Counted from the whole stretch's first letter, positions 1 to 14,604 are shown. The stretch: DNA of 63,810 nt, filler included, from Reclinomonas americana ATCC 50394 (GCA_048213135.1; 12 parts of 7 records of this genome joined end to end with filler, not necessarily neighbours in it); one strand, 5' to 3'. Notes: generated from the letters alone by a model not told the origin. Numbers and translations are program-made.

Positions 1-201
1 AAGGGGTGTGGGGGAGGAGGGGAAGGAGGAGGAGGAGGAGGAGGAAAAGAAGAAGAAGAAGAAGAAGAACAAGGAGAAGAAGAAGAAGAAGAACAAGTGC
101 AATGAGGAGAAGAAGGGGAGGCACACCAAGGAGAGATCAAGACAAGCAAGGAAGAAGAGGAAGAGGAAGAGACAGTCAAGAGAAAGACGAGAGGCACTGA
201 C

Positions 202-698
202 CATTCTCCGCAGCACACGCCTGCGCCACAGCCACCGCTGCGGCCATATTATACCGCCACAGTTCATGCACCGAGGCCACGCGCAGCACCAGCGTAAAAT
301 ACAAATTACCCACCGTCGTTGCACCCTCCACCTCATCCTCATCGTCATCCCTATCGAAATCAATCGTGCGCGGCGGCATCTTCACCTGCGCATTCGCAGC
401 TGGCGATGCAAATGATCGACCTGATCGACCTCGACCTGCACGTTGTTCCTCTGCCAATACGATCATTCCGTGTGGAGCATCATCGCGATCGACCAGCTCA
501 CGAGCATCGTCCTTTTGTTTGTTTGCGTTTTTACATTGTGAGCTGGCCTAGATGCGTTTCTTTATGTATTTCTTGCGCGTGTTGTCGTACCTGCGTTGAT
601 TCTGTGGATTGGTAGTAGACTGCGCGATGTCGACCGAGCGATTCCGTTTGGAGCTCTTGTTGGAAGCGGCGCCAGAGGAATGCCCCGCGCAAGAGCAT
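202..698 (-). CDS. Biotin protein ligase (BirA/HLCS family), 5' part; continues off the window start
   Basis: Exons 698-591 and 511-202 (GT-AG) give LGRHRAVYYQSTESTQ-DDARELV..HGMIVLAEEQRAGRGRSGRSFASP..GNLYFTLVLR..AAAVAVAQAC, matching the BPL motifs STQ/STN, AEEQxAGRGRxGR and GxLYF. Confidence 0.9.
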
Positions 699-1329
699 GG
701 ATTGATTGTTGGTTTCCAGAGGCCGATTGGTCGGTCGGGCGCGGAGACTCAATCGCTGATGAGCTGTTGCGTGTGGGTTGTGTTCGATTGCGCCGCGCGT
801 GTGCGTGCGTGTGCAAGGGAGAGGGCGGCATAGAGCGCGTGTGTGTTCTGGTGTGCTGTGTGTGTTGCTTGTTGGGCGTGTGCCGTTTTGTAACGGTCTG
901 GGCATCTCGTGCGCGTGTTGCGTGTGTGGCTTGCTTGTGAGGCGGGTGTGTGGTGGTGTGTGTGGTGCGCGATGCGGCGCGGCGTGTGGCGTTTCGTTGG
1001 TGACGTGTGTGTGTTGCTGGGCGCTGTGATTTCCGCTCTCTTCGCCCGTACTTTGCTGTCACTGTGTGTTCGTGTGCACATCGTGAGTGCGCGTATGTGT
1101 GAGAGTGAGAGAGTGGAGAGAGCGGAGTGTATGTGTGTGCGCGCGTGTGAGAGAGTGGTTGACATCTGGGGGCATGGCCACGAACACGCACGCACTCGCG
1201 CAGTCAGTGTGTTTTGCGTGTGTGCGAGGCGAGCTGCAGAGGAGAGAGTGCGAGTGAGAGAGACAGCAGCAGTGAGCGCGTTTTGCGCCCAAGTGATCTC
1301 ATTTTCGTTTTGTTCTTTTGCGCATTCAG

Positions 1330-4300
1330 CGTACACGGGCGACCTTGTTGGCGGTGAGTGTGTGCGCGTGAAGCATGCTGAGTACTCCTCTGTCTAATCC
1401 GTCATCTTAGGCAAGCGCCACGGTCGTGGCAAGCTGGTGCTGGAGAATGGAGACGTGTATGAGGGCGAGTGGAAGGTGCTTAGTTGATGATGACGACGAT
1501 GATGTTGTTGGCGAGAGTGTGTGTATTGACGCCGTGCGTGCTGAGTAGGACAACCGCATGCATGGCCGCGGCGTGTATGTGTGGTCGGATGGCGCCAAGT
1601 ACGACGGCGAGTGGAGGGATGGTCAGCGCACGGGTCAGGGCACACTCCGGGAGGTGAATGGATGGGTGTGCACGGGTCAGTGGGTGGATGGCGCTCTGCA
1701 TGGACAGGGTGTGCAAGATGGCGCCGATGGCAGTCGGTGCGTGGGCGGAGTACGGGGAGTGCGCGCGTGCGGCCGAGTTTGGTGACCGATTGATTTGACG
1801 CAGGTACGAGGGCGAGTGGGTCAAGGGCAAGAAGGAGGGCTACGGAGAGGTATCTTGCTTGCATGCATGCACCTCGATCACGACGGGATTCCTTACTCAC
1901 ACGCATGCATCGTCGTTGCTTTCCCGACATTGCAGTTCAGATTCCCAGGTGTGTGTGCACGCTGGGCACGCTGCGAGAAGCCGCATGCAGTTTCTGGGTG
2001 AGTGAGTGACTCACGTCATGTGGTTCCTGTGTGTTTCAGACGGCGAGCGATACACGGGAGAATGGAAGGTGTGCATCGTATCATCACGTCCCGCTGTCTA
2101 TGTGTGATTGAGCAAGTGAGTGACGATCGGTATGGTGATGTGCGTGCAGAACAATCGCCGACACGGCCAGGGCACATGTCAGTACGCCGACGGCACGATC
2201 TACAAGGGCCAGGTGGGGAAGCGATGGGAAGAAGGAACTCTGTTGCAGCAGTGTGGCCGACGCGTGTTTCCCTCTTTATCTGTGCAGTGGAAGAACGGTC
2301 TGCAGCACGGCCACGGCATGCGCGAGAATCCCAACGGCATGAAGTACGACGGTGAGGGCACGGCGTCATTGTATCCTCTTGCCACCGGCTGGTGCTCAAT
2401 GTCGTGCATTGTCCTTGTGCAGGCGAGTGGGTGGAGGGACAGCACGAGGGCGTCGGTCATCATGTGTGGCCCGATGGTGAGTGCATGCATGCTCACTGCC
2501 TGCAAAGTTTTCGGTGACGGACAGCATGCTCACTTTGGGTGTGCGCAGGTGCCGAGTACGCTGGAGAGTGGAAGGCCCACAAGATGTGCGTCCTTCTTGA
2601 TATTGTGCGCGTGTAGGAGTGCTCTGGGAACTCACTTGGGTGCATTGCTGTGCAGGCACGGCAAGGGCGTGTTGAGGCAAAAGGTGGGGGGAATGATTGA
2701 TCGTCGACTCTGTCGGTGGAGGACTGTGCATTTTCTGACACGTGGATACGGTGGTGAGTAGAATGGCGCAGTGTACGATGGTCAGTGGGAGTTTGGCAAG
2801 CGCAGTGGCTATGGAATCGCCACCGGTCCGGACAACACGAGATACGAGGTGGGTGACTGGGGGAGTCGCTGTTGTCCGCCAGGTTTCTGTTCGTGAGCCG
2901 ACGTGCTCACGTGCATGCGCAGGGCGAGTGGAAGCTTGACCGCAAGCACGGATTTGGTGTTTATCGCTGGGAGGATGGCGCCGTGTTGGTGGGTCATGTG
3001 TTTTTGCAGGAGTGCGATGTACGTGACCGCGACTGATGCGTTGTTTCGTCTCGTGTGCGCAGGAGGGTTACTTTGCCGACGGACACATGAATGGACCCGG
3101 CATTGAGACGGAGGCCGATGGTCGTGTGTTTGATGTCGTGTATCGTGATGGAAAGTGCATTCGCAAGGTGGAGCGCACGGAGCCGAAGCCCGTTGGTTTG
3201 TGTTTTTATTGCGACGCAGCACCGACCTGTCGGCATGGGAATTATCTCATTGGAATTTCCATGGATGCAGGCAACACGGATGCCCAAAAGGCAGCCATTG
3301 CGCGCATTGCTTCCGAATCGGTGCCAGCCAGCTCGTCTGGTCAGTCGGCAAGCACCCCATCAGGGTCGTCACACCAGGCCGAGGAAACCGAACGCATGCA
3401 GGAGGCTGTCACACTTGCAGCAAAGGTCGGCGCTCATGTCGTTGTTTGATTCAGTCAGTCTCGCGCTGTGGCGACTCACACGTGGTGCACAGGAGCAACA
3501 AAATCGCGAGGCCACATCGAATGCGTCCATGCCAGCCGCCTTTGCCGCAGATTCCAACTCGTTCGCCTCGGCACAGTCCTTCCTGCCGACTCAGCCAGCA
3601 CGTGGTGCCACCGGTTCATCTGGTGTGTGTGTGTGTGTGTGTGCACGTCACAGGTTTTCTGCTGCAAGTCAAAGACAGAGGACTGACTGTGGTGTTCCTC
3701 GCGATGTAGCTGCTGGAGCCGAGGCCGCTGTACAGAAAGGATTCAAGACGGTTCGGTTGCCCAACGGCGACATGTACGAGGGCGAGACAGTTGACAATCA
3801 GATGCATGGGTGTGTTTTTATGGCAGACAACTTGACCGCTGGGCGCTGACCTGACACCCTTTTGTATTCTGTCGGGTTTGCGTGCAGCTTTGGCACGTAC
3901 ACGTTTAGCGATGGCACAGTGGTGCGTCTCCTCCCGGTGTTTGCTTCGATGCAGAATGTGCGTTCTTACTCACTTGATCGTCATTGCAGTACGTCGGCAA
4001 CTGGGTTCACAACCAGAAGAGCGGGCGCGGTGTACTGCGTGAGCCGGAGGGAGTGACGTATGACGGCGAATGGTTTGTGGTGTGCCTGAAGAGCGTGGAG
4101 TAGGAAGTGTTGTGCTCACGTACTGTTTCCTCGCTAGGTACATGGATCACATGCACGGACGCGGCACACAAACATTCCCCGACGGGAGCTCGTACGAAGG
4201 AGGTTTGTGAAATGACGATGTTTTGTTTCCATGTCGGCGATCGCTCACTGTCGCCTTTGTGTCACAGAATTCCAGGTAAACGCAATGCAAGACACGTCCT

Positions 4301-5516
4301 GCATCGACGGACTTCATTGATTAATCATTGTTTGTGCAGGGTGGAGTCAAGCACGGCAAGGGTGTGCAGCGATTCGACGACGGAGGTTTGTTTGTCGCGA
4401 CGTCCTCATCGAATCTGCGCTCTTGCTGATCTTCAGTTGCACACTATAGAATGCTACGAGGGCATGTGGAAGAATGATGTGCGACACGGCCACGGAAAGG
4501 CGGTGTATGCTGGTGAGTNNNNNNNNNNNNNNNNNNNNNNNNNNNNNNNNNNNNNNNNNNNNNNNNNNNNNNNNNNNNNNNNNNNNNNNNNNNNNNNNNN
4601 NNNNNNNNNNNNNNNNNNNNNNNNNNNNNNNNNNNNNNNNNNNNNNNNNNNNNNNNNNNNNNNNNNNNNNNNNNNNNNNNNNNNNNNNNNNNNNNNNNNN
4701 NNNNNNNNNNNNNNNNNNNNNNNNNNNNNNNNNNNNNNNNNNNNNNNNNNNNNNNNNNNNNNNNNNNNNNNNNNNNNNNNNNNNNNNNNNNNNNNNNNNN
4801 NNNNNNNNNNNNNNNNNNNNNNNNNNNNNNNNNNNNNNNNNNNNNNNNNNNNNNNNNNNNNNNNNNNNNNNNNNNNNNNNNNNNNNNNNNNNNNNNNNNN
4901 NNNNNNNNNNNNNNNNNNNNNNNNNNNNNNNNNNNNNNNNNNNNNNNNNNNNNNNNNNNNNNNNNNNNNNNNNNNNNNNNNNNNNNNNNNNNNNNNNNNN
5001 NNNNNNNNNNNNNNNNNNNNNNNNNNNNNNNNNNNNNNNNNNNNNNNNNNNNNNNNNNNNNNNNNNNNNNNNNNNNNNNNNNNNNNNNNNNNNNNNNNNN
5101 NNNNNNNNNNNNNNNNNNNNNNNNNNNNNNNNNNNNNNNNNNNNNNNNNNNNNNNNNNNNNNNNNNNNNNNNNNNNNNNNNNNNNNNNNNNNNNNNNNNN
5201 NNNNNNNNNNNNNNNNNNNNNNNNNNNNNNNNNNNNNNNNNNNNNNNNNNNNNNNNNNNNNNNNNNNNNNNNNNNNNNNNNNNNNNNNNNNNNNNNNNNN
5301 NNNNNNNNNNNNNNNNNNNNNNNNNNNNNNNNNNNNNNNNNNNNNNNNNNNNNNNNNNNNNNNNNNNNNNNNNNNNNNNNNNNNNNNNNNNNNNNNNNNN
5401 NNNNNNNNNNNNNNNNNNNNNNNNNNNNNNNNNNNNNNNNNNNNNNNNNNNNNNNNNNNNNNNNNNNNNNNNNNNNNNNNNNNNNNNNNNNNNNNNNNGT
5501 TGTAGTTGTCTCGTGT

Positions 5517-5564
<48 letters not shown>

Positions 5565-6676
5565 GCTTCCTCGGTTCTCACTCCCTCACCTCTCCACAGA
5601 CGGAATGAGCTACGAGGGCGAGTGGAGGGATTCACGGCAGCACGGTCAGGGCACGCACCGCTGGCCCGACGGCTCAGTCTACGAGGGCGGCTGGTTCGAG
5701 CACCGCATGCACGGCTACGGCATTTTGCGCCGCGCCAATGGCGTCGTGTATGAAGGGTGCGCCAAGATTTTCACCGTCTTGAATGCATAGTGTTTGCCGC
5801 TCACGAGTTGAGGTGTGACACAGAATGTTCGAGAATGGTAAGCAGAATGGACACGGCGTGTTGAAGCTGGCCGACGGAGCGCGCTACGAAGGCGAGTTCC
5901 GCAATGGACAGCGACACGGCCACGGCGTCTACACTTGGGCTGATGGGTGAGTCCGGTTTATTCCCACCTCCGCAAGTTTCGTCGCTTTTTTACTCACTCG
6001 TTTTTTTGGTGCGCAGTGGCACCTACGAGGGCAACTTTACCGATGGTGCGCGCAGAGTCACCCCTTCCTTTCCCGCATGTGCGCACGCTTATGCATCCTC
6101 TTGTGCAGGCCTGATGGACGGCGAGGGCATTGAGCGCGAGAGCGACAAGATCTTTGATGTGGTGTACCGGGAGGGCCAGTGTGTCCAAAAGGTGGAACGA
6201 GTAACAGAGACCACGGCAGCGCTGGCCGCCGCTCACGTGGCCAAGGAGTTTGGTGGTTTGACGCTGGAGGGTGGCTCCGTGGTCACCGCAACACCGGCAC
6301 CGCCCGCCGCACCGTCAGCGTCCGCACCACCGTCGGTCGGCGGCTACATGTCGGCGCAGTCGGTTCATGTCGGCGCCGCCGGCGGCTCCAACATTACGCG
6401 CAACATGAGCATTGTCGACTTTGTGGCCGAGGTCGGCGTGCGCCGCAAGTGGCAGGCCGCTCAGATTCAGGACATTACCGCAAAACTGAGCGACAATGTT
6501 GCGTCTCAACGCACTCGCTGCCAACGCTCCTCGTGCCTCACTGACTTGCACTCTTTCTGCAGATGATTTGCGATGTGCAAACACTGCTGGAGAACACGGA
6601 CATTCTGACGACCGAGTGCGGCATTCCAAAGCCGGCCGCTCGCGTGCTCGAGCAGCATGCCAAGGAGGCCGAGTAA
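1330..6676 (+). CDS. Multi-exon MORN-repeat protein with possible C-terminal SAM-like domain; start not resolved, spans an N gap
   Basis: Many exons encoding YEGEW..HGxG repeats (e.g. [52 protein letters not shown]); last exon ends ..HAKEAE TAA at 6676. Confidence 0.9.
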
Positions 6677-7011
6677 TTCTTTTGTGTATCGTGGAATAAG
6701 TGTTGGGGAAGAGAAGTGTGATGTGCTTTTTTTCTCTCTTTTTCAACCATTTGTGCAGCACCATTAAAGAGAATGAGGGGAGAAGTACGCGCGCGCGCGC
6801 CTGTCGCAAACCAACGCACAACAGTCCGGCGAGCCATTTTTTACTACTCTGGCAAACTGACGCGCCGGCCTCAGAAGCGCATCGACTCACTGCCGTCCAT
6901 TTCGACGCGACGCCGTGATGGACTTCCTCTGTGCAGCAAGCGAGCAAGTCAGAAAGGGAGGCAGGGGGGAAAGAAAGAGAGGGAGAGGGAGAGAGAGAGA
7001 GGAAGGGAAGG

Positions 7012-7270
7012 GAGGAAATTGACAAGGAGAACAAGAGCATGATGTGAGAAACAAGAACACAAACTGGATGCAGAGGATGGGAAGGGAAAGGGAGAGAGAG
7101 GAAGAGGGAAGAGAGGAAATTGACAAGGAGAACAAGTGCATGATGTGAGAAACAAGAACACAAACTGGATGCAGAGGATGGGAAGGAAAAGGGAGAGACA
7201 GGGAGGGGAAGTGAGGAAATTGACAAGGAGAACAAGTGCATGAAGAACACAAACTGGATGCAGAGGGTGC
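7012..7270. repeat. Three imperfect ~100 bp tandem repeats
   Basis: aggaaattgacaaggagaacaag..catga..aagaacacaaactggatgcagagg recurs near 7013, 7114 and 7214. Confidence 0.85.
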
Positions 7271-8376
7271 AATGCGCACGAGGGAGAAGGGGCGCGCAAC
7301 AGGAGGAGATGGACACATACACAAAACACTGTCACACACAACTGTCCCCCCCTCCCCATCCCTCTTCCATCTCTCTCTCTCTCTCCCTCCCGAAGAAAGG
7401 GAGGGAGGAAAACACAGATCACAAACAAAAACGCACATTCGCTCACGCCACCCTTCCCCTCCCAAATTTCTCGTTTCCCCTTCCCCTCCGTCACCCTCAC
7501 CCCTCCTCTCTCTTTCTGTCTTTCTTTCTTTATCTCTCTCTCTCTCTTTCTCTCTCTCTCCACTATGACACAGATCACAAGCAAAAAACCGCACATTCGC
7601 TCACGCCACTCTCTCCNNNNNNNNNNNNNNNNNNNNNNNNNNNNNNNNNNNNNNNNNNNNNNNNNNNNNNNNNNNNNNNNNNNNNNNNNNNNNNNNNNNN
7701 NNNNNNNNNNNNNNNNNNNNNNNNNNNNNNNNNNNNNNNNNNNNNNNNNNNNNNNNNNNNNNNNNNNNNNNNNNNNNNNNNNNNNNNNNNNNNNNNNNNN
7801 NNNNNNNNNNNNNNNNNNNNNNNNNNNNNNNNNNNNNNNNNNNNNNNNNNNNNNNNNNNNNNNNNNNNNNNNNNNNNNNNNNNNNNNNNNNNNNNNNNNN
7901 NNNNNNNNNNNNNNNNNNNNNNNNNNNNNNNNNNNNNNNNNNNNNNNNNNNNNNNNNNNNNNNNNNNNNNNNNNNNNNNNNNNNNNNNNNNNNNNNNNNN
8001 NNNNNNNNNNNNNNNNNNNNNNNNNNNNNNNNNNNNNNNNNNNNNNNNNNNNNNNNNNNNNNNNNNNNNNNNNNNNNNNNNNNNNNNNNNNNNNNNNNNN
8101 NNNNNNNNNNNNNNNNNNNNNNNNNNNNNNNNNNNNNNNNNNNNNNNNNNNNNNNNNNNNNNNNNNNNNNNNNNNNNNNNNNNNNNNNNNNNNNNNNNNN
8201 NNNNNNNNNNNNNNNNNNNNNNNNNNNNNNNNNNNNNNNNNNNNNTTACTTTTTCGTTTCCCCTTCGCCTTCTCCTTCTCTCACCTCTCTCTCCCCACTT
8301 CCCCTTCCCTCTTCCCCCTTTGCCCTTCCCTCCCTCTCCCATCTCTCACAAGCAGAGTGATACACGCACACGCAAC

Positions 8377-10174
8377 TCGACATCGGGGGTCGCCGGCGTG
8401 GCGGTCCGCTTCATGCCCAGATCCTGATTCAGCTTCTTAAAGTGCACGCACTGCTTCATGACATACTCCAATATCCTCTTGGCGGCCACGTGCGGCATCA
8501 CCACGCCATCCTCGTTGTCCTTTTCGACGTTGATGTTGAGCACTTGTCTGTAGAGGTGGCAAATACGTGAGTGGCAAGAGATCACTTGGGAGGCACCGCA
8601 CTAACGACTCACCCGCACTGCTGTACATAGTAGACAATGTCCTCGCGATCGCACTTGTTGGTCAGCTGCGCCAACCGAGCACGCTCCGATGCAAACTCCT
8701 CGTCCAGGTCGAAAAGATCGAGTCCCGGTGGTGGCGGGTCACGCACAATCGGTGCAAACACCGCCGGCGTCAGCGGCGGCAGTGGCGTCTCGAACTGCGA
8801 GGTCGAAAACACATGATGAGGCGGTGCACACAGAGACGGAGAGACAATTAGAAACACAAAAAACCTCTGGCGGGATGAGTGTCAACGACTCGTGCTTCAC
8901 ACCGAGCTCGGCATACAGTGCCACCGTCTCTGGCACCAGCGCCATGTCAAACGTGAAAAGATCCTCGGAGAAGAGCGATAAGTAGTCCTTGGAGACCTCT
9001 TCGGTCTCCTGTAGACAATTCTTGGCTTTCTCTGCCAGACTCTGAATGTCGGGTACGAAGTTGTAGTCGTTCACCTGCAGAGACAATGGACAGTGGATGA
9101 GTGCGCGACGAAGAGAGGATTAGGAGGGAAGGCTATCACGGCACCTCGGGGTTCTTGGCATCAATGCGGTTCAGCTTGATGATCTCTGCCGTCTTGGCGG
9201 TGTCCACCATGCCCTTGGCCTTCAGCTTCACCTCCTCGCCCGCTTGCAGCAGCCATCGCATCACAATCTGCACACATGACATGCGTGAGCGGAGCCGCAA
9301 GGGAGAAAGAGAGTGGCGGGAGAGCGCACATCGTGAAGCGTGTTGTTTTCCTCTTTTGACCACCACGCATCCTCAAAGATCAACTCGCTGCCCATCACGA
9401 CCATGCGACCGCCGCCCTCCACCTTCAAACATGACAGCAGTCAAAACCAACAAGCAGCAACGAGTGCAACGGCAACACACAGACTAACTTCGCAAAAGGC
9501 GCACACTGGCCGGTTCAGTGGGTACGCGACAAAGCCGGTGGTCAGCACCGGGATTGCGGGCTTTTGTACATCCAGTGTGGCACCGTAGGGATAAACAAAG
9601 GTGAGGTTGTTGCTGCATGCGCAAGCGAGAAGTGAGAAGACTGCCGCGGTGTGCAGTGGCTGCACACTCCATAAAACGCAACGACATGCCGGTGACTGTC
9701 CGATCGGCGTACATGTCACCCACTGGCTTGCCGGCAGCCTGGTTGATCGCGCGATTGCACACACCGTTCGTGATGGCGCACTGTGGACGGACAGAGATGA
9801 GAAGGGCACAACAGGAGCAAAAGGGGTAAACGAGCGACAGCACCTCCTTGGGGTGGAAATACTTGTAAAACACAGCGCGAATGACAGCATCGCTCGACAC
9901 CGACACGCCGTACTCCTCCAGCAGAAAGTTGATGTTGGTGTTGTGCGACTTCTCACCGCCCTCACCAATCATCACCAGCAGACTCTTGCCCGCGGCCAAG
10001 AACGACTTGAGCGCGTCAAACTGCGGGCACACACGTGAGACAACATCTCAAGGCCGTCTGTGTCTCTCCCACTGGTGACTTGCCTCCTCGCCCTTGAAGG
10101 GCGCGTTGGGTCCATTGATCACAAACAGATCGCACTGTGAGAGCGCCGCCTCACTGATTTCATCGTCGTTCAAT
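8377..10174 (-). CDS. IFT52: Intraflagellar transport protein 52, partial (both ends run into gaps)
   Basis: NTNINFLLEEYG, DAVIRAVFYKYFHPKE, FVYPYGATLDVQKPAIPVLTTG..YPLNRP, FETPLPPLTPAVF, PPPGLDLFDLDEEFASERARLAQLTNKC; includes a GC-AG intron (GAG|gcaagt near 10083). Confidence 0.95.
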
Positions 10175-10395
10175 CTGTGTTGCAGGAAGATGATGATCAG
10201 TGAATGTCTTTTGTGAAGGGGAGGGAGAGAGAGAGGGAAAGAAGGAGGGAGAGGGAGAGGGGGTAAGGGTGAGGGAGAGGAAGAGGGAGAAGAGAGAGGG
10301 TGAGTGGGTGCACTGATCTCATCGTCGTTCAATCTATGTGTGTCGCAGGAANNNNNNNNNNNNNNNNNNNNNNNNNNNNNNNNNNNNNNNNNNNN

Positions 10396-10407
10396 TTAAT
10401 TAATTAA
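10396..10407. other. Artificial contig linker TTAATTAATTAA (also at 18496, 20561, 26395, 29402, 38433, 46128, 49786, 56824, 59479, 61552)
   Basis: Identical palindromic six-frame-stop 12-mer, always flanked by about 44 Ns on each side. Confidence 0.97.
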
Positions 10408-10451
10408 NNNNNNNNNNNNNNNNNNNNNNNNNNNNNNNNNNNNNNNNNNNN

Positions 10452-11392
<941 letters not shown>

Positions 11393-11501
11393 TTCGCGCG
11401 AATATCTGTGGACAGAGGACAGTGCAGCTCGCACTGTCCGTTTCGTTTGATTGTCTCTGGCGCGCGCGCACGCTCTCTTCACTCACTCTCACTCACACAC
11501 A

Positions 11502-11758
11502 ATGTGGCAACAAGTGTGCAATCTGGTCATTCGACCGCAGCGGTGTGTGTGCTCTGTGCACGCGCGTGTGTGTTATAAAAATACTCAAATTTGTTTGTTT
11601 TTGTTGTTTTGTTTGTTGTCTGGTGTGTGTTGTGTGTGTGTGTGTTTGGTGGTGGTTAGGTGTGAGTATGAGCTTCAGCACTTGGGAGCGGCGGATTTCA
11701 TCTTGGATGGGAGGACGTATAAGAGGACAGATGTGGAGGTGAGTGGGTGGGGAGGAGA

Positions 11759-11851
<93 letters not shown>

Positions 11852-12311
11852 TAGTAGTAGTAGTAGNNNNNNNNNNNNNNNNNNNNNNNNNNNNNNNNNN
11901 NNNNNNNNNNNNNNNNNNNNNNNNNNNNNNNNNNNNNNNNNNNNNNNNNNNNNNNNNNNNNNNNNNNNNNNNNNNNNNNNNNNNNNNNNNNNNNNNNNNN
12001 NNNNNNNNNNNNNNNNNNNNNNNNNNNNNNNNNNNNNNNNNNNNNNNNNNNNNNNNNNNNNNNNNNNNNNNNNNNNNNNNNNNNNNNNNNNNNNNNNNNN
12101 NNNNNNNNNNNNNNNNNNNNNNNNNNNNNNNNNNNNNNNNNNNNNNNNNNNNNNNNNNNNNNNNNNNNNNNNNNNNNNNNNNNNNNNNNNNNNNNNNNNN
12201 NNNNNNNNNNNNNNNNNNNNNNNNNNNNNNNNNNNNNNNNNNNNNNNNNNNNNNNNNNNNNNNNNNNNNNNNNNNNNNNNNNNNNNNNNNNNNNNNNNNN
12301 NNNNNNNNNNN

Positions 12312-12355
<44 letters not shown>

Positions 12356-14519
12356 AGAGATGAGATGAGAGACTGATTGATGGAGAAAGCACGCAGAGCT
12401 TGTGGGAGAGGGTCTGTGAGGCACTGTGAGTGTCAGAGGGAGGATGATGAACAGAGGGCGAGTGGGTTTTGCGCTGTGTTCTCGTGAGCGGGCGGACAAC
12501 TACTTGTCAGGAAGGCAACAGTGCTCCCACAGAGGAATGCGATGGGTGAAGAGTGGACGAGAGGAAGAACACAGTGCTGTCTGTCTCTCTGCGACCTCCT
12601 TGTGCATTCGTTTCTCTCCTTCCCTCTTTATCTCTTTCTCCCTCTTCTCCCTCGCCTCACTCTTCGCGTGTCATCTTCTTGTTTCCACTGCACGTTCTTG
12701 CGCTTACCCTTTTTTCGCCCCCCACAGCTGCCGAATGACCGCGGACTGACGCTGCAGTGCTCCCACTTTGAGCCCGCCGACGAGTGGCGTGCAGAGGTCT
12801 CCCTCTCTCTTTCCTTGACCAAAACCTCCTTCTCCCCTCCCCCCTCACTTATCATCTTCCACAGGCCGGCTCGCAACTACCATGTGTGATTTACTTGCAC
12901 GGAAACTGTGGATCGCGTCTCGACGCCATTGACGCCGTGCGCGCACTGCTGCCGTGCAACATCACCGTGTTTGCCTTTGATTTTTCAGGTCAGGCGCGCT
13001 TCATCACCATCCCGCTTCCCCACGTCGCCTCCATTGCTGACCGCCTCCTCCACCAGGGTCGGGAATGAGTGACGGCGAGTACATTTCTCTGGGCTACTAC
13101 GAAAAAGACGACGTGAAGACGGTGGTGGAGTACTTGCGGAGTACCGGTTCCGTGTCGACCATTGGATTGTGGGGTCGCAGCATGGGAGCGGCCACGGCGC
13201 TCTTGTATGCGCCGACTGACCCGTCGATTGCGGGCATGGTGTTGGACTCGCCGTTTTCCGACCTGCAGGTGCTGATGCAGGAGATTGTCAAGACACACAA
13301 GGTGCGTGTAGCTGCCTGCCGGACCCCCCGATACCGCAATCGTCTCATCTAGTCGGCGGTGCGCACAGAGTTGGGTGCCAAAATTCGCCATTAACATTGC
13401 CGCCAAGTTTCTGCGCAAGAGCATCAAGTCAAAGGCCGGTTTTGACATTACGTGCGTACAGCGCCATGCTTCTCTTGTCGTGATTGATTCTCGTCTCACC
13501 CACCAGTCGACGGCAGCCTGCTGAAGCCAATGGAGGCAGCCGCGCAGTCTTTTGTTCCCGCCCTGTTTGCGCACGCCGTCGACGACGATTTCATCCACAT
13601 TCACCACTCGCAGGATCTGTTGCGTCACTTTTCTTCCCTTTCGGTGTCATTGCTTTACGCTGACCGTGGCTCGACAGGCTGGAGGTGTACTCGGGCGACA
13701 AGAACCTGATCATGTTTGACGGCGACCACAACTCGCAACGGCCCGATCACTTCTTCACCTCGGTCTCCATTCACTTTCACAACACGCTGGTCGTGCCGAC
13801 CATGGGCTCCGGTAGTCCGCTGGCCGTCGACGCGTCGGTGGTCGAGGGTGCTGCCAATCGCGTAAACTCACCGCGTGCCCACGAGCGACCCGGCGAGCCG
13901 CACTTGCCGGTCGTGCATCCCAGTCCGGCCGTCATGAGGTGGGTGGCGATGTGAGGACAAGGAGGAGGGCGTAGAAAGAAGAAAGAGGGCTCACATGTGT
14001 GGGTGCGCCGTTGCAGAATCAATCCTGGGTTCGCACGCGACGAGGAGGACGACGATATTGCTGGGGACGATGTGATTCCGTTGGACTTGCAGCTGTCGCC
14101 GGCTGTGATTGGTGTGCACACGCTAGTGGATAGCACCGGATCGCTTTGCTCAAGACGCTCACACGTGTCGCGCCACCACCCAGCTCGCTTGATGGAGGGT
14201 GCCATGGCGCTGCCGACGGACGAGCACGGAGGCGGCGGCGGGGCCGCAGACGCTGCTGCGCCAGCGGGTGAATACGGACCACCACCTGGCATGTCATGGG
14301 ACGACTGGGAGGAGCAGCAGCTGGCCGAGGCGCTGCGGTTGTCCATGGAAGGGTGCGTGTGTGGGTGATGATTCCCGTCTGCGTGCTGCTCTGTGTAGTC
14401 GCTCACTCGCGAACAGTCTCTCCGCGTCATCGCCCAGCAAGAACGGTGGTGATGCGAGCGTCGGAACAGTGACTGGCGATGCTCCCGTTGGCGAGAAGCC
14501 ATCAGCGCCGCCATCGTAA
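11502..14519 (+). CDS. Alpha/beta hydrolase (serine aminopeptidase S33-like) with a C-terminal UIM-like motif
   Basis: MWQQVCNLVIRPQR, PCVIYLHGNCGSR, SDGEYISLGYYEKDD, nucleophile elbow GLWGRSMG, DPSIAGMVLDSPFS, FDGDHNSQRP; tail WEEQQLAEALRLSME. Confidence 0.92.
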
Positions 14520-14604
14520 GGCACAGCATAACATGTGTACAAAAACAAACCGTAAATCTTCGAGTGGATCTGAATTTTCCATTCTTGGTGAGTGTGAGTG
14601 ATCG

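Noticed and set aside
6498..6504. Reading the GTTGCG sites as non-canonical G|TT donors
   Set aside because: Reading frames are restored with cleavage before GT and the normal AG acceptor.
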